Shown: positions 20,184 to 30,905 of the stretch, in pieces
Layout of the letters: every line of letters starts with the position of its first letter
How positions within the stretch are numbered: position 1 is the first letter of the stretch
From: Candidatus Zambryskiibacteriota bacterium
GTDB lineage: Bacteria; Patescibacteriota; Minisyncoccia; Phycocordibacterales; WO2-35-19
Reading direction: 5' to 3'
DNA length: 64,000 bases
Assembly: GCA_003233455.1 (NCBI GenBank)
Contig: QILQ01000012.1
Span: 4,441 to 68,440, forward strand
Notes under the pieces: model-generated
Told to the model about the DNA's origin: nothing
Seen by the model: only the letters and a program-made list of their open reading frames with translations
The model's database searches: none
Translations under genes and position numbers: made by a program

Positions 20184-20738
20184 ATGAACTATAAAGAAAC
20201 AATACTAAAAAGATTAAAAGAATTACCAGAGGCATTAAGGTCTTTCATATTAGACGAAAAATGGAGAGCGGATGCAGAAAGAATTGGCAAGCAATTTAAC
20301 CTTAATGAAGAAAAATACGCTTCTTTTGAAAATGAAATTTTTGTGGTATTACTCGCCCTTGAACCAATCGGTGACTTCGAAGAAAACATAAAAATTACAC
20401 TAAAACTGGACTCAAATATGGTAGGTTGGATTGCTGAAGATGTTAAAAAAAGTATTTTTGATAAAGTCTCTAGCGAACTTAATGCAATATGGAAAGAAAT
20501 TGGAAAAGCAGAAGAAAAACAAAATGAAGAAGTACTAAAAGAAAATCAAACTCCAAAAAATATAGAAAATTCATTTGAGCAAAAAATATCAAATCAAGCT
20601 AAGGCAATGCGCCCCGCCCAAAAAGCTCCAATTAATTTACCAACAGAGCAGGAGAGTGAAGTAAAAACAGAAGAAAAACCAAAAGCCACACAGAGTTACG
20701 AAATAGGAAAAGACCCTTATAAAGAACCATTAAATTAA
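20184..20738 (+). CDS. hypothetical protein (C-terminal DPYKEP)
   Basis: ORF in the operon with a DPYxEP terminus. Confidence 0.7.
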   Translation: MNYKETILKRLKELPEALRSFILDEKWRADAERIGKQFNLNEEKYASFENEIFVVLLALEPIGDFEENIKITLKLDSNMVGWIAEDVKKSIFDKVSSELNAIWKEIGKAEEKQNEEVLKENQTPKNIENSFEQKISNQAKAMRPAQKAPINLPTEQESEVKTEEKPKATQSYEIGKDPYKEPLN

Positions 20739-20743
20739 AAACC

Positions 20744-21163
20744 ATGCGTTTTCAAATACCACAATTTATAGATGTAGAAGACAAAATTTTCGGACCTTTT
20801 ACTTTGAAGCAATTTATTTATTTAGCCGGAGGAGCTTCTGTGGCGGTAGCTTCTGTCACATTTTTTGGTCTTTTTTTTGGAATTCTTATTTCTTTGCCTA
20901 TTGTTGTGTTAGCTCTGGCTTTGGCTTTTTATAAAATAAACAACCGACCTTTTATTTATACTATGGAATCAGCCTTTAAATACATAACAAAAGATAAACT
21001 TTATATTTGGAGAAAAGAGGAAAGAAAAGAAGAGAGGGAAAAAAATAATGAAAAAAAATATAGCTCTTTAGTAGTGCCGAATCTGTCCAAAAGTAAGCTA
21101 AAAGATATGAATTGGGAATTGGATGTTAAGAAAAAAGAAGATAAAAAATTAGTTAATAGTTAA
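20744..21163 (+). CDS. PrgI-family (VirB3-like) protein
   Basis: MRFQIPQFIDVEDKIFGPFTLKQF followed by two TMs. Confidence 0.85.
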   Translation: MRFQIPQFIDVEDKIFGPFTLKQFIYLAGGASVAVASVTFFGLFFGILISLPIVVLALALAFYKINNRPFIYTMESAFKYITKDKLYIWRKEERKEEREKNNEKKYSSLVVPNLSKSKLKDMNWELDVKKKEDKKLVNS

Positions 21164-21184
21164 ATATTAGGTTAAAATATATAT

Positions 21185-21808
21185 ATGAGTAAAAATGCGA
21201 CTCAAGAGTTTGTGCCGATAGATGATATTAGAGATGGTATCGTTATATTAAAAGACGGCGGTATGAGAGGTATCTTAATGGCCTCTTCTATAAACTTTTC
21301 TCTAAAATCAGATGATGAAAGACGAGCTATACTGCTTCAATTTCAAGATTTTTTAAATTCTTTAGACTTTTCCATTCAGATATTAGCTCAGTCCAGAAAA
21401 CTTGACATCAGACCATATATCGCTCTTTTAGAAGGAAGATATAAAGAACAAACGAATGATTTGATGAAAATTCAAATTGAGCAATATATGGAATTTATAA
21501 AAAGTTTTACTGAATCAACCAATATTATGACCAAAAACTTTTTTATTGTAGTCCCTTACGACGCGGCCATTATCTCCACTAAACGCAACATTTTTTCCAG
21601 TATTAGCGGTAAAAAAGAAAGCCAAGAAACAAAAGAAGAAAATTTTGAGGAGAAGAAAAATCAGCTTGAACAGAGAATGGGAGTAGTGGAACAAGGTTTG
21701 GTTCGTAGCGGAGTAAGAGTGGCTAAACTTGGCACCGACGAAGTGATAGAATTATTTTATAAAATATTTAATCCGGGAGAATCAGAGAAACCTATAAAGA
21801 TAAAATAA
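21185..21808 (+). CDS. TraC/VirB4 N-terminal-like protein
   Basis: ATQEFVPIDDIRDGIVILKDG...SSINFSLKS..FLNSLDFSIQI; lies between PrgI and the ATPase. Confidence 0.7.
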   Translation: MSKNATQEFVPIDDIRDGIVILKDGGMRGILMASSINFSLKSDDERRAILLQFQDFLNSLDFSIQILAQSRKLDIRPYIALLEGRYKEQTNDLMKIQIEQYMEFIKSFTESTNIMTKNFFIVVPYDAAIISTKRNIFSSISGKKESQETKEENFEEKKNQLEQRMGVVEQGLVRSGVRVAKLGTDEVIELFYKIFNPGESEKPIKIK

Positions 21809-21812
21809 ATAT

Positions 21813-23627
21813 ATGTTTGATTTTTTAACAAAAAAGAAAAAAAAAGATAATTTGACCGCAGTTTCCATCTTGCCAAAATCAATAACCGAAAGTTCCGAGT
21901 TGGAGCTCAGAGACATCTTGGCACCAAGTGCTTTAAAAGTAAATTCTAAGGAACTTAATTTGGGAGAAAAACTGGTCAGGAGTTTTTTTGTTATATCATA
22001 TCCAAGATTTGTAACCGAAGATTGGTTTGCTCCAATTATAAATATGGATAAAATGTTTGATGTCTCTATTTTTATTCACCCATTGGAAACAGCTAAGATA
22101 CTTAGAAGTTTTCAAAAAAAAGTGGCCGAAGTTCAGAGCCAAATTAGAATAAGAGAAGAAAAAGGTTTAGTCCGAGATCCTGTGCTTGATACCGCTTATC
22201 AAGATTTAGAAAATTTGCGCGACCAGCTTCAGCAGGCTCAAGAAAAAATGTTTGAAGTTGGACTTTATATTTCGGTTTACGCCAGTAGTAGTGATGAATT
22301 GGACAAAGTTGAATCGGAAATAAAATCAATCCTTGAATCCAAACTGGTTTATGTTAAACCGGCTTTATTTCAACAAGAACAAGGGTTTAGAAGTATTTTA
22401 CCAACCGCCGAAGATAAACTTATGGTGCATTCCAAAATAAATTCTTCGCCTCTTTCCAGTTTATTTCCTTTTATTTCTTTTGACCTCACTTCCGATAAAG
22501 GCATTCTTTACGGTATCAACCGCCATAATTCCTCTTTAGTTTTATTTGATAGATTTTCTTTGGAAAATTACAACTCAGTCACTTTCGCTAAAGCCGGTGC
22601 TGGAAAATCCTATAATATAAAACTTGAAATATTACGCACTCTTATGTTTGACGCCGAAGTAATCGTCATAGACCCGGAAAATGAATATGAATATATGGCC
22701 GAAGCGGTAGGGGGTAGATATTTTGACATTTCTTTAAATTCCGACCATCACATCAATCCTTTTGAACTTCCCATTCCGGCGGAAGACGAATCTACCGCCA
22801 GTGTTTTACGAAGCCAAATAATAAATTTGGTGGGACTTTTCAGAATAATGATGGGAGGACTTTCAGCCGAAGAAGATGCTATTATTGACAAAGCTATTAC
22901 CGAAACCTACGCTTTAAAAGATATTACTATTGATTCTAATTTTAAAAATGTGGAGCCACCACTTCTTTCCGACTTTGAATTAGTGCTCAGTGGTATGGAA
23001 GGAGGAGAGTCTTTGGCTCAAAGGTTGTCAAAATATACTAAAGGCACTTGGTCAAATTTCATCAACAGACCTTCAAATATAGATATCAACAAAAAGTTTG
23101 TGGTTTTTTCCATTAGAGATATGGAAGACGAATTAAAACCAGTGGCTATGTATATAGTTACCCATTATATTTGGAATGCTATTAGAAGAGAATTAAAAAA
23201 ACGACTTTTAGTGATTGATGAAGCTTGGTGGATGATGAAATCAGAGGATACTGCCTCTTTCTTATTATCTTTAGCCAAAAGAGGACGAAAGTATTATCTG
23301 GGATTGGCGACTATCACCCAAGATGTGAGCGACTTTTTGAAATCTCCATACGGCGCGCCCATTATCAGTAACTCTTCCATTCAAATTTTACTCAAACAAT
23401 CACCGACAGTGATAGATAAATTGCAACAAGTTTTTAATTTAACTGATGAAGAAAAATATCTGCTCTTGGAATCGGGAGTGGGTGAGGGTATCTTTTTTGC
23501 CGGACTTAAACATGTGGCTATAAAAATAATCGCTTCTTATACCGAAGACCAAATCATCACTTCCGACCCATCTCAAATTTTGGCTATTAAAAAACAAAAG
23601 AAAGAAGATGATGAAAAGAAAAAATAA
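21813..23627 (+). CDS. VirB4/TraC-like ATPase
   Basis: Walker A AKAGAGKS; IDPENEY; Walker B LLVIDEAW; RGRKY; ITQD. Confidence 0.9.
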   Translation: MFDFLTKKKKKDNLTAVSILPKSITESSELELRDILAPSALKVNSKELNLGEKLVRSFFVISYPRFVTEDWFAPIINMDKMFDVSIFIHPLETAKILRSFQKKVAEVQSQIRIREEKGLVRDPVLDTAYQDLENLRDQLQQAQEKMFEVGLYISVYASSSDELDKVESEIKSILESKLVYVKPALFQQEQGFRSILPTAEDKLMVHSKINSSPLSSLFPFISFDLTSDKGILYGINRHNSSLVLFDRFSLENYNSVTFAKAGAGKSYNIKLEILRTLMFDAEVIVIDPENEYEYMAEAVGGRYFDISLNSDHHINPFELPIPAEDESTASVLRSQIINLVGLFRIMMGGLSAEEDAIIDKAITETYALKDITIDSNFKNVEPPLLSDFELVLSGMEGGESLAQRLSKYTKGTWSNFINRPSNIDINKKFVVFSIRDMEDELKPVAMYIVTHYIWNAIRRELKKRLLVIDEAWWMMKSEDTASFLLSLAKRGRKYYLGLATITQDVSDFLKSPYGAPIISNSSIQILLKQSPTVIDKLQQVFNLTDEEKYLLLESGVGEGIFFAGLKHVAIKIIASYTEDQIITSDPSQILAIKKQKKEDDEKKK

Positions 23628-23672
23628 AACCCACCCTATTTAGATTTATTACAAATTTAAAGTTTCTCGCTT

Positions 23673-23719
23673 CCCCTCTCTTTGATAAGGAGAGGGCACA
23701 CGAAGTGAGGGGTGAGGTG
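23673..23719 (-). repeat. REP-like palindrome (CCTCTCC...GGAGAGG family)
   Basis: Reverse complement is near-identical to 46364-46411. Confidence 0.8.
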
Positions 23720-23760
23720 ATTAAAAAAGAGATAGAGAAAGTTATGATACAATACTTCTT

Positions 23761-24198
23761 ATGAAAGAAAAACCTCTACAAAATTACCCTCCTTTAAAAA
23801 GACCAGTTAGAACCATACCGCAAAAAAGTGAAGAAAAAAGAGAAAGGATAAGCGTTTGGGTGGGTGCTTCTATGATAATAGTCGCTTTATGTGTTGATGT
23901 GGCTCAAGCTCTTCTTATAATTCTCGGTATAGGATTAGCATTAGGATCAATAATAACTATTGTAGCATACTTTGTTTTTTGGATTTGGTTTATGATTTTA
24001 GGTGTATCATTTATTACTAATCCTAAAAAACTGTTGACGGTGGGTATTGGTGGAGCGGTAGAAGCTTTGCCTCTTTTTAATTTCTTACCAGCCTTTACCG
24101 CCATGATAGCAACAGTAGTCTTTATGACCAAAGCTGAAGACAAAGGTGGTATGATTGGAAAAGCGGCTAGTTTGGCTCAAGGAAAAATAAAATCTTAA
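23761..24198 (+). CDS. hypothetical membrane protein
   Basis: Hydrophobic ORF with EALPLFNFLP motif. Confidence 0.7.
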   Translation: MKEKPLQNYPPLKRPVRTIPQKSEEKRERISVWVGASMIIVALCVDVAQALLIILGIGLALGSIITIVAYFVFWIWFMILGVSFITNPKKLLTVGIGGAVEALPLFNFLPAFTAMIATVVFMTKAEDKGGMIGKAASLAQGKIKS

Positions 24199-24238
24199 AA
24201 TATTATATATAATGGAATCTAAATGATATAATAATAAA

Positions 24239-25243
24239 ATGTTAAATAAGTTTATAAAAACTTTAATATTGGTAGGTTTTGGAGTGATAATTCTACCAAC
24301 AATCTCTTTTGGTCAAATAAAAGTAAACACTTCCTACGCTCTTTCAAACGAGCTTGGAGTTGAAATCATTCCCAACTATCCAAAACCGAATAAGATGGTT
24401 TTTATCAATTTAACCCTTTACACTAACGATTTAAATTCTGCTCTCATAACTTGGTATAAGGACGGAAAAAAAGTCTTAAGTGGCAAGGGAAAAACCAAAT
24501 ATTCATTTAGAACAGCGAATGTTGGGAAAGAAACAAAAATTGAAACAGTAATTAAACTTTTAAACGGTTCTGTTTTCTCAAAAGTTTTCACTCTGAATCC
24601 AGCCAATGTTGACTTGACTTGGGAAGCTAACTCATATACGCCACCATTTTATAAAGGTAAAGCCTTGCACCCCAAACAAGGTAGTTTAAAAGTTGTAGCC
24701 ACTCCGGAATTTATTAAAGGAGGTAAAATAATTCTTCCTCAAAATTTAATTTATAAATGGTCAAATGGTCTTAAAGTATATCAAGAGCAATCCGGTTATG
24801 GTAAAAATGTTATTATTTTAAATGGTTCAATTTTAGGAAGAAATGAAAACATAAAAGTTTTAGTGACAGATCCGGTCAATAATTTAGTGGCAGAAAGTTT
24901 TGTTAATATAAAACCAATTAACCCGGAAATAGTTTTTTACAAAGACAGCCCATATTATGGACCTATTTTCAATTTAGCCATCGCTAATAATTTTAATTTA
25001 AAAGCAGAAGAAACACAGATTCTGGCAGCTCCGTATTATTTCACCAAAGAAAATATTAATGGTTTAAAATATGAATGGAGATTAAATAATCAAGTTATTT
25101 CAAATCTTTCAAGCTCCAGAACCGCCATCTTTAGAAAACCTAAAAAACAAGCGGGAAAATCCCTTATTTCTTTGCAAGTTCAAAATCTAATTAGAATCTT
25201 GCAACAAGCAGATAGAAATTTAACAATAAGTTTTAGTGATTAA
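24239..25243 (+). CDS. secreted Ig/PKD-like protein
   Basis: Signal peptide; WEANSYTPPFYKGKAL; beta-rich. Confidence 0.7.
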   Translation: MLNKFIKTLILVGFGVIILPTISFGQIKVNTSYALSNELGVEIIPNYPKPNKMVFINLTLYTNDLNSALITWYKDGKKVLSGKGKTKYSFRTANVGKETKIETVIKLLNGSVFSKVFTLNPANVDLTWEANSYTPPFYKGKALHPKQGSLKVVATPEFIKGGKIILPQNLIYKWSNGLKVYQEQSGYGKNVIILNGSILGRNENIKVLVTDPVNNLVAESFVNIKPINPEIVFYKDSPYYGPIFNLAIANNFNLKAEETQILAAPYYFTKENINGLKYEWRLNNQVISNLSSSRTAIFRKPKKQAGKSLISLQVQNLIRILQQADRNLTISFSD

Positions 25244-25253
25244 GAATCATAAA

Positions 25254-26165
25254 ATGAAAAAGATAATTTTAAAAATAGGAATATTGATAATACTTGCAAT
25301 GTTGATGTTGCCAATAACACAAGTTATTGCCGCTGGTGCTACTGATAATTGGGATAATAACACAACAAGTAAAAACGAATATGCGGTTCTGGCACCACTT
25401 CCCGGTGTAGCTAATAAAGTTGGTGATACCACTACTTTAAAAAAATATATCCACGCTATTTTTAATCTGGCCATAGGTCTTTCAGCGGTAGCGGCAGTCT
25501 TAATGATTGTTTTGGGCGGTTTTCAGTATATGTCCACCGATGCTATTATGAAAAAAGAGGAAGGTAAGAAGAGGATTAAAAATGCCATATATGGCTTGAT
25601 TCTTGTTATTTCTGCTTGGCTTATTCTTTACACTATTAACCCAAATCTTTTAAAACTTAACTTAAATATAGAATCCATAACAACAGCCACTCCGGCGGGA
25701 GGAACTTTGACTGGCGTCAGAACAGCAACCGGAGTGGATCTTTTATCCGGAAACAGTTTACAAGCTGATCAAGCTATTAGAGATAATTTAGGTAAGGTAA
25801 AAGTAAATAATAAACCTTGCACAACTCAAAGAACATCTAAATGCACCAATCTTAACGGATTACCCCAATCAATGATTTCTTCTTTGAAGAATTTACAAAA
25901 AAATTGCACCCAAGGTAGTAATAATTCCTGTATTGTTCAAATTAGCGGTGGCACAGAAACTTCTTTACATATAGCAGGAAGTGAACATAAACCGGGTAAA
26001 AGTGTGGTGGATTTATCATCAAAAAACACATTAAATACTTATCTTGGATACCCAACTCCTCAAAGCGGAGACACTGTAACCAAAGATGGTTTAAAATTTA
26101 AATATGAGGTTACTGGAGAAAATGGAGTTTCCACGGGACCGCATTGGCATGTAATACCCCCTTAA
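25254..26165 (+). CDS. TrbC/VirB2-like pilin fused to a putative M15-like Zn peptidase domain
   Basis: AVLMIVLGGFQYM...GKKRIKNAIYGLILVISAWLILYTINPNL; C-terminal SEH..VD and HWH. Confidence 0.65.
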   Translation: MKKIILKIGILIILAMLMLPITQVIAAGATDNWDNNTTSKNEYAVLAPLPGVANKVGDTTTLKKYIHAIFNLAIGLSAVAAVLMIVLGGFQYMSTDAIMKKEEGKKRIKNAIYGLILVISAWLILYTINPNLLKLNLNIESITTATPAGGTLTGVRTATGVDLLSGNSLQADQAIRDNLGKVKVNNKPCTTQRTSKCTNLNGLPQSMISSLKNLQKNCTQGSNNSCIVQISGGTETSLHIAGSEHKPGKSVVDLSSKNTLNTYLGYPTPQSGDTVTKDGLKFKYEVTGENGVSTGPHWHVIPP

Positions 26166-26177
26166 AGTATAAATAAA

Positions 26178-27428
26178 ATGAGTAAAAAAATATTATTGAT
26201 AATAGGAATATTGGCGGTAGTGGCGGTAGCTTTGTTTTTGATTTTAACTTCAAAACCGCAAACAACTGGAGAAAATCGGGTGGGATTTTCCGTTAGAGAA
26301 TTCTTGCCTTTTGGCAAAAATGGCAATACAGAAACAAGCAGTTCAACAACAAAAATAAAAGAAAATCAATCAATTGACACATCATTAAACACAACATCAA
26401 ACCAACTAATACCAAGACTCCGAAAAATATCCAGCGGACCGATAGCGGGAGCGGTTGTTTTTAATATTGGCACCACCAGCATCGTAAGATTTGTGGAAAA
26501 AGGCACCGGTAATATTTATGAAGCGAGATCAGATTCTTTAATAATTAAAAGACTTACCAACACCACTATTCCTAAAATAATAAGAGCTTTTTGGTTGCCG
26601 AACGGTTCCGCTTTCTTAGCTCAAACTTTAATACCGAATAGTGAGATTATAGAAACAAACTTTATAAAATTAAATAAAAATCCTATTAATGTTGGCAGTG
26701 AGAATTTAACTCCATTTAGCACCACTATCGGCAAACTGCCTACTGGTATAAAAGAAATTGCCATTAAGCCTGATAGTTCCAAAATTTTTTATTACACTGT
26801 TTCCGGTTCGTCAAATTGGTTTATTTCAAAACCTGATGGTACTGATAGTTATTTGGTAATGTCTCAACCGCTAACCGAATGGTTGCCAAAATGGATTACT
26901 TCCAACCAAATAATTATGCAGAATAAAGCGAGTTCAGAAAGTGTGAGTTTTAGTTATGTTTTTAATATCAAAAATAAAACTTTCAAAAAGATAGGTTTGG
27001 GTATTAGAGGACTTTCCACAAAGCCAAATTATAATGGAACTTTAACTTTAGCTTCAAGTGGTGGCACTTTTCCTCAATTATTTATTATTGATAATAAAAA
27101 TATTACCATAAGTAAAGTAAACGCAAATACTCTAGCCGACAAATGTGTTTGGTCTAAAGATAAAAATCTTTCTGTTTATTGTGCCATCCCAATTCAAATA
27201 CCAAACGGCAATTATCCGGATATTTGGTATAAAGGGCTTGTTTCTACTGAAGATTTTATAGAAAAAATAGACTTAAATAATGATATTTTTTATAATGTTT
27301 CCAATCTTTCTTCTGAATCCGGTCAAAAAATAGATGTGATGAATTTAAGTATTTCTCCAGACGGAGCTTATCTTATTTTCCGCAACAAAACTGATGATTA
27401 TTTATGGATGTTGAAAATTGAGAAATAA
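26178..27428 (+). CDS. membrane-anchored beta-propeller-like protein
   Basis: N-terminal TM; repeated PNG/PDS/SPDG turn motifs. Confidence 0.65.
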   Translation: MSKKILLIIGILAVVAVALFLILTSKPQTTGENRVGFSVREFLPFGKNGNTETSSSTTKIKENQSIDTSLNTTSNQLIPRLRKISSGPIAGAVVFNIGTTSIVRFVEKGTGNIYEARSDSLIIKRLTNTTIPKIIRAFWLPNGSAFLAQTLIPNSEIIETNFIKLNKNPINVGSENLTPFSTTIGKLPTGIKEIAIKPDSSKIFYYTVSGSSNWFISKPDGTDSYLVMSQPLTEWLPKWITSNQIIMQNKASSESVSFSYVFNIKNKTFKKIGLGIRGLSTKPNYNGTLTLASSGGTFPQLFIIDNKNITISKVNANTLADKCVWSKDKNLSVYCAIPIQIPNGNYPDIWYKGLVSTEDFIEKIDLNNDIFYNVSNLSSESGQKIDVMNLSISPDGAYLIFRNKTDDYLWMLKIEK

Positions 27429-27474
27429 TAATGTATAATTAACCAGTATTCGTTTATTAATATAATTTAATCGT

Positions 27475-29649
27475 ATGAAAAAAATAATTATTCTTTTTAT
27501 TGCATTTTTAATAATATCTCCCAATTTCGCTTCTGCATCTACAATTAATAACTTACAAGAACAAATAAGATCTCTGCTCGCGCAAATTGCCTCACTTCAG
27601 CAACAACTATCACAACAAGTAGGTCAATCTGAACAAAAAATTTATACCAATACAAATAGAAATACATGCCTTTCACTTACCAACAATTTATCATATAGAT
27701 CAAGAGACTCTTGGACAAACGGGGAAGTATCAACATTGCAAGATTTTCTTCAGGTAAAAGGATATCTAAGCTCTGAACCAACGGGGTATTTTGGCCTTCT
27801 TACTCTTGAGGCGGTAAAGAAATTTCAAATCGCAAACGGTATTAGCCCAGTTCAAGGGTTTGTAGGAGTTCTCACTAGAGCAAAACTTAATTCTATGAAT
27901 AGTTGTGCTAAAACAACCACCAAAACAAGTCCAATTTCAACTTCAAACCAAATACACACACTTTCTATTCTTTATCCAACCCATAATGCTTCGTTTATCG
28001 GTACTGGTCCCAGTACAGTAACTTGGACTGATGGCGATGCAAACGGAAAATATGCTATTAAAGTCACTGTTATAAATTCTGTTGGGTATTCTTCAGGTAC
28101 AAAAGTTTTCTCCACTACCCTTACTAGAGAACAATCGGGGTGTTCGGCTAGCGATAAATGTTCCTACTCATTATCAGTAAAAATAGCTGGAACTTATCGT
28201 TTAAGTGTCAAAAATCAAACCAACGGAGTAAGCGATACAGTAAACTTTACAATTCAGGCAAATACAATCTCTCAAGTTCCTTCTATAACTATTCTTTCAC
28301 CTTCACCAATGGGAGTAAAAGGGGGGTTAGATATTGATCCAGGTAGTAATTATACTATTCGATGGACATCAACCGAGTTAAATAAAGTAAAACCTTACTT
28401 ATGTACTTATTCAGGAAGTTGTAAAATTTTAGGGAATGTACCCAATGTTGGTGTTAATACTTATTTAGGTTCTTTTAATTGGTATGTTGATCCAAATCAT
28501 CCATATTTTCCTGGTTATAATTTACGAATAAAACTTGAAGATGCTTCAAATAGTAAGGTGTTTGCTTATAGTGGTTATTTTGATGTTATTCCTATAATTG
28601 ATATAGCTCCTCAAATTCTTTATCCCAAGGGTGGTGAGATACTACAAGGCAACATAACAAATTTTATTTCTTGGAATCCAATATCATATTCCGAAACATT
28701 TGATGTATCAATTATAGGAATTGATTCTGGAAATAGTTATTTAATTATTCAGAATGTACCAGCTAAAGCAACTGATAAGCAATCAATCCAGTGGACACCT
28801 AAAACGGGGATGTACGAAAAAGATACTCGGTTCATGGCACAGGTGTGCAGAACAGGAACAACTCTTTGTTCAAAAAGTAATGGTTTTACTATTAACTTTC
28901 CAAACACTTCACAAACTCAACCATCTAATGGTAATTTCTCCATTTCTAGAAGTTCATTTGATTTCAAATATACTCAAGGTGAAAAAACTCCTCCACTTCA
29001 AGACCTAACTTTTACCAATACCTCTAACACGAAGATTACCTATACTTTAAAAGTAGACAACAAACCTAACTGGTTAAATACTAGCTATAATACAGACTCT
29101 GCAACGGTTTGGCCCGGGACAGTCACTGGCTTGCATGCTCTTGTTGATCCTGTAGGTTTAGCTCCAGGAAATTACAAAACAACCCTCTCTATTAATGGAA
29201 ATTTTACCAATTCACCTATTTCTATTCCAATTACCTTATCTGTAGTTAGTAAACCTACCACATCTAATGTAACCCCCCCAACCAACCTTACCGGCTCTTG
29301 CCCAGCACCTTATACTAAAGCAAATGTTAGTTGGGTCGCTAGTGGATACAGTCCATACTATGTCCGCATGAATCCTGGTGCTTATAATTACACATGGCCT
29401 TTGTCTTCAGGTGGTATAGTAAATCAAGTGACTAATACTAATTGGAGTTTTCCTACTACTCCTGGGAAACATTATACTTGGTGGTTAACTGTCGTAGATC
29501 CTAAAACTGGCACCATGACCGATAGGGTTGTTTATGATTTGTCTTGTGGAACCCCCCCTACAGCTACCACTCTAAACTCCAATCAAATGGCGAATGTTTT
29601 GATGTCTGTTTCGGCAATTTTAAAAAACATACTAAAATCGTTGAGATAG
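27475..29649 (+). CDS. peptidoglycan-binding surface protein with Ig-like repeats
   Basis: EVSTLQDFL...TGYFGLLTLEAVKKFQIANGI..VGVLTRAKLN; Ser/Thr-rich beta domains. Confidence 0.85.
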   Translation: MKKIIILFIAFLIISPNFASASTINNLQEQIRSLLAQIASLQQQLSQQVGQSEQKIYTNTNRNTCLSLTNNLSYRSRDSWTNGEVSTLQDFLQVKGYLSSEPTGYFGLLTLEAVKKFQIANGISPVQGFVGVLTRAKLNSMNSCAKTTTKTSPISTSNQIHTLSILYPTHNASFIGTGPSTVTWTDGDANGKYAIKVTVINSVGYSSGTKVFSTTLTREQSGCSASDKCSYSLSVKIAGTYRLSVKNQTNGVSDTVNFTIQANTISQVPSITILSPSPMGVKGGLDIDPGSNYTIRWTSTELNKVKPYLCTYSGSCKILGNVPNVGVNTYLGSFNWYVDPNHPYFPGYNLRIKLEDASNSKVFAYSGYFDVIPIIDIAPQILYPKGGEILQGNITNFISWNPISYSETFDVSIIGIDSGNSYLIIQNVPAKATDKQSIQWTPKTGMYEKDTRFMAQVCRTGTTLCSKSNGFTINFPNTSQTQPSNGNFSISRSSFDFKYTQGEKTPPLQDLTFTNTSNTKITYTLKVDNKPNWLNTSYNTDSATVWPGTVTGLHALVDPVGLAPGNYKTTLSINGNFTNSPISIPITLSVVSKPTTSNVTPPTNLTGSCPAPYTKANVSWVASGYSPYYVRMNPGAYNYTWPLSSGGIVNQVTNTNWSFPTTPGKHYTWWLTVVDPKTGTMTDRVVYDLSCGTPPTATTLNSNQMANVLMSVSAILKNILKSLR

Positions 29650-29707
29650 AGTGATTAGTATATAAATTAGTTATTATCCATTTAAATTTATTAAATAAAT
29701 AGTACAT

Positions 29708-30445
29708 ATGATCAATCAACAAATACTTAATTATATTAAACAACAACTTAGTCAGGGTGTAACCGAGGAAAATATTAAAAGAGTACTTCTTCAAAATAGT
29801 TGGGGTAATGAAGATATAGATAAGGCTTTTTCTATACTTCACCCCAAAACTCCAACACCTTCAGTACCTTTACCACCATCCTCCTCTGTATCATCAAACT
29901 TGTCGACAAAAACAGAAAATAGTTTATTTATAAATAAGCAAAAAAGATTACACCCTAAAGCAGTCTGGTTGTTTTTCTTTAATAGAATTATTTGGTGGAC
30001 ATTTGTTGCTATTTTCTTAGGCTGGGAAGGAGCGAGTATTCTCAATAGTAATAATACAGAATTAAAAGTATCTTTTAATGGATTATATTTTGTATGGTTT
30101 ATTATTATTTTTGTGATAATAATGATTATTGCTTACATTGTCGCTAAATTAACTTATCATTTTTATAAATTTGAATTGACTGACAGTGAATATAAAGCAG
30201 AACGAGGAATAATTTGGAAAAGATACATTTCTATTCCTTACGAAAGAATTCAAAATGTTGATATATATCGAGGAGTTCTTAATAGATTATTTGGTTTAAG
30301 TGATCTTAATATTCAAACTGCTGGATATGGAGCAGTTGGAATGGCAGGTAAAGGTGGAAGTGAAGGAAGATTACCTGGATTAAGTAAACAAGAAGCAGAA
30401 TTAGTACGAGCAGAACTTATTAAAAGAGCTAAAAGTATAAAGTAA
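29708..30445 (+). CDS. membrane protein with bacterial PH domain
   Basis: RGIIWKRYISIPYERIQNVDIYRGVLNRLFGLSDLNIQTAG. Confidence 0.85.
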   Translation: MINQQILNYIKQQLSQGVTEENIKRVLLQNSWGNEDIDKAFSILHPKTPTPSVPLPPSSSVSSNLSTKTENSLFINKQKRLHPKAVWLFFFNRIIWWTFVAIFLGWEGASILNSNNTELKVSFNGLYFVWFIIIFVIIMIIAYIVAKLTYHFYKFELTDSEYKAERGIIWKRYISIPYERIQNVDIYRGVLNRLFGLSDLNIQTAGYGAVGMAGKGGSEGRLPGLSKQEAELVRAELIKRAKSIK

Positions 30446-30470
30446 ATATTTAGAAAAAAATATTTAATAT

Positions 30471-30905
30471 TTAATTCTTATATATAACAAAAAAGGGAGC
30501 CACAAGTGACTCCCTAAAAAACAAACCAACCTCACCGTCCAGTTTATCCCTTACCGTTGGGGTAAATCCCCAGTTTCCTCTGAAAAGTGGTAGTGTCACA
30601 CTTTCCATTAGAACAAACCGTAAAGGTCGTCGGACCAACAGGTGGCATGCCTTCCTTTGGGAAAACTGCGACGCTTCCCGCCAGCGATTGGAGAATTTGG
30701 TCGCCAGCAGAGAACGACCGATGATAACCACCGCGTCGTTAGGGAGTGGTCTGGTCATGATAGCGTAGCGACCATCATCCATTATTCCCTCGCTTCCAAA
30801 CCACACCTCTTCTGGTAGTGGTCCCCACGGATCCACCACCACAGTGGATTTTTCAATCTGTCCACTGTTAATGCGGATTGCATCAATGGGACAGATTCGT
30901 GGCAT
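30471..30905 (-). CDS. hypothetical protein, probably 5'-truncated by the IS
   Basis: GC-richer ORF whose only start codons lie inside the IS terminal repeat. Confidence 0.45.
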   Translation of the reverse strand: MPRICPIDAIRINSGQIEKSTVVVDPWGPLPEEVWFGSEGIMDDGRYAIMTRPLPNDAVVIIGRSLLATKFSNRWREASQFSQRKACHLLVRRPLRFVLMESVTLPLFRGNWGFTPTVRDKLDGEVGLFFRESLVAPFFVIYKN

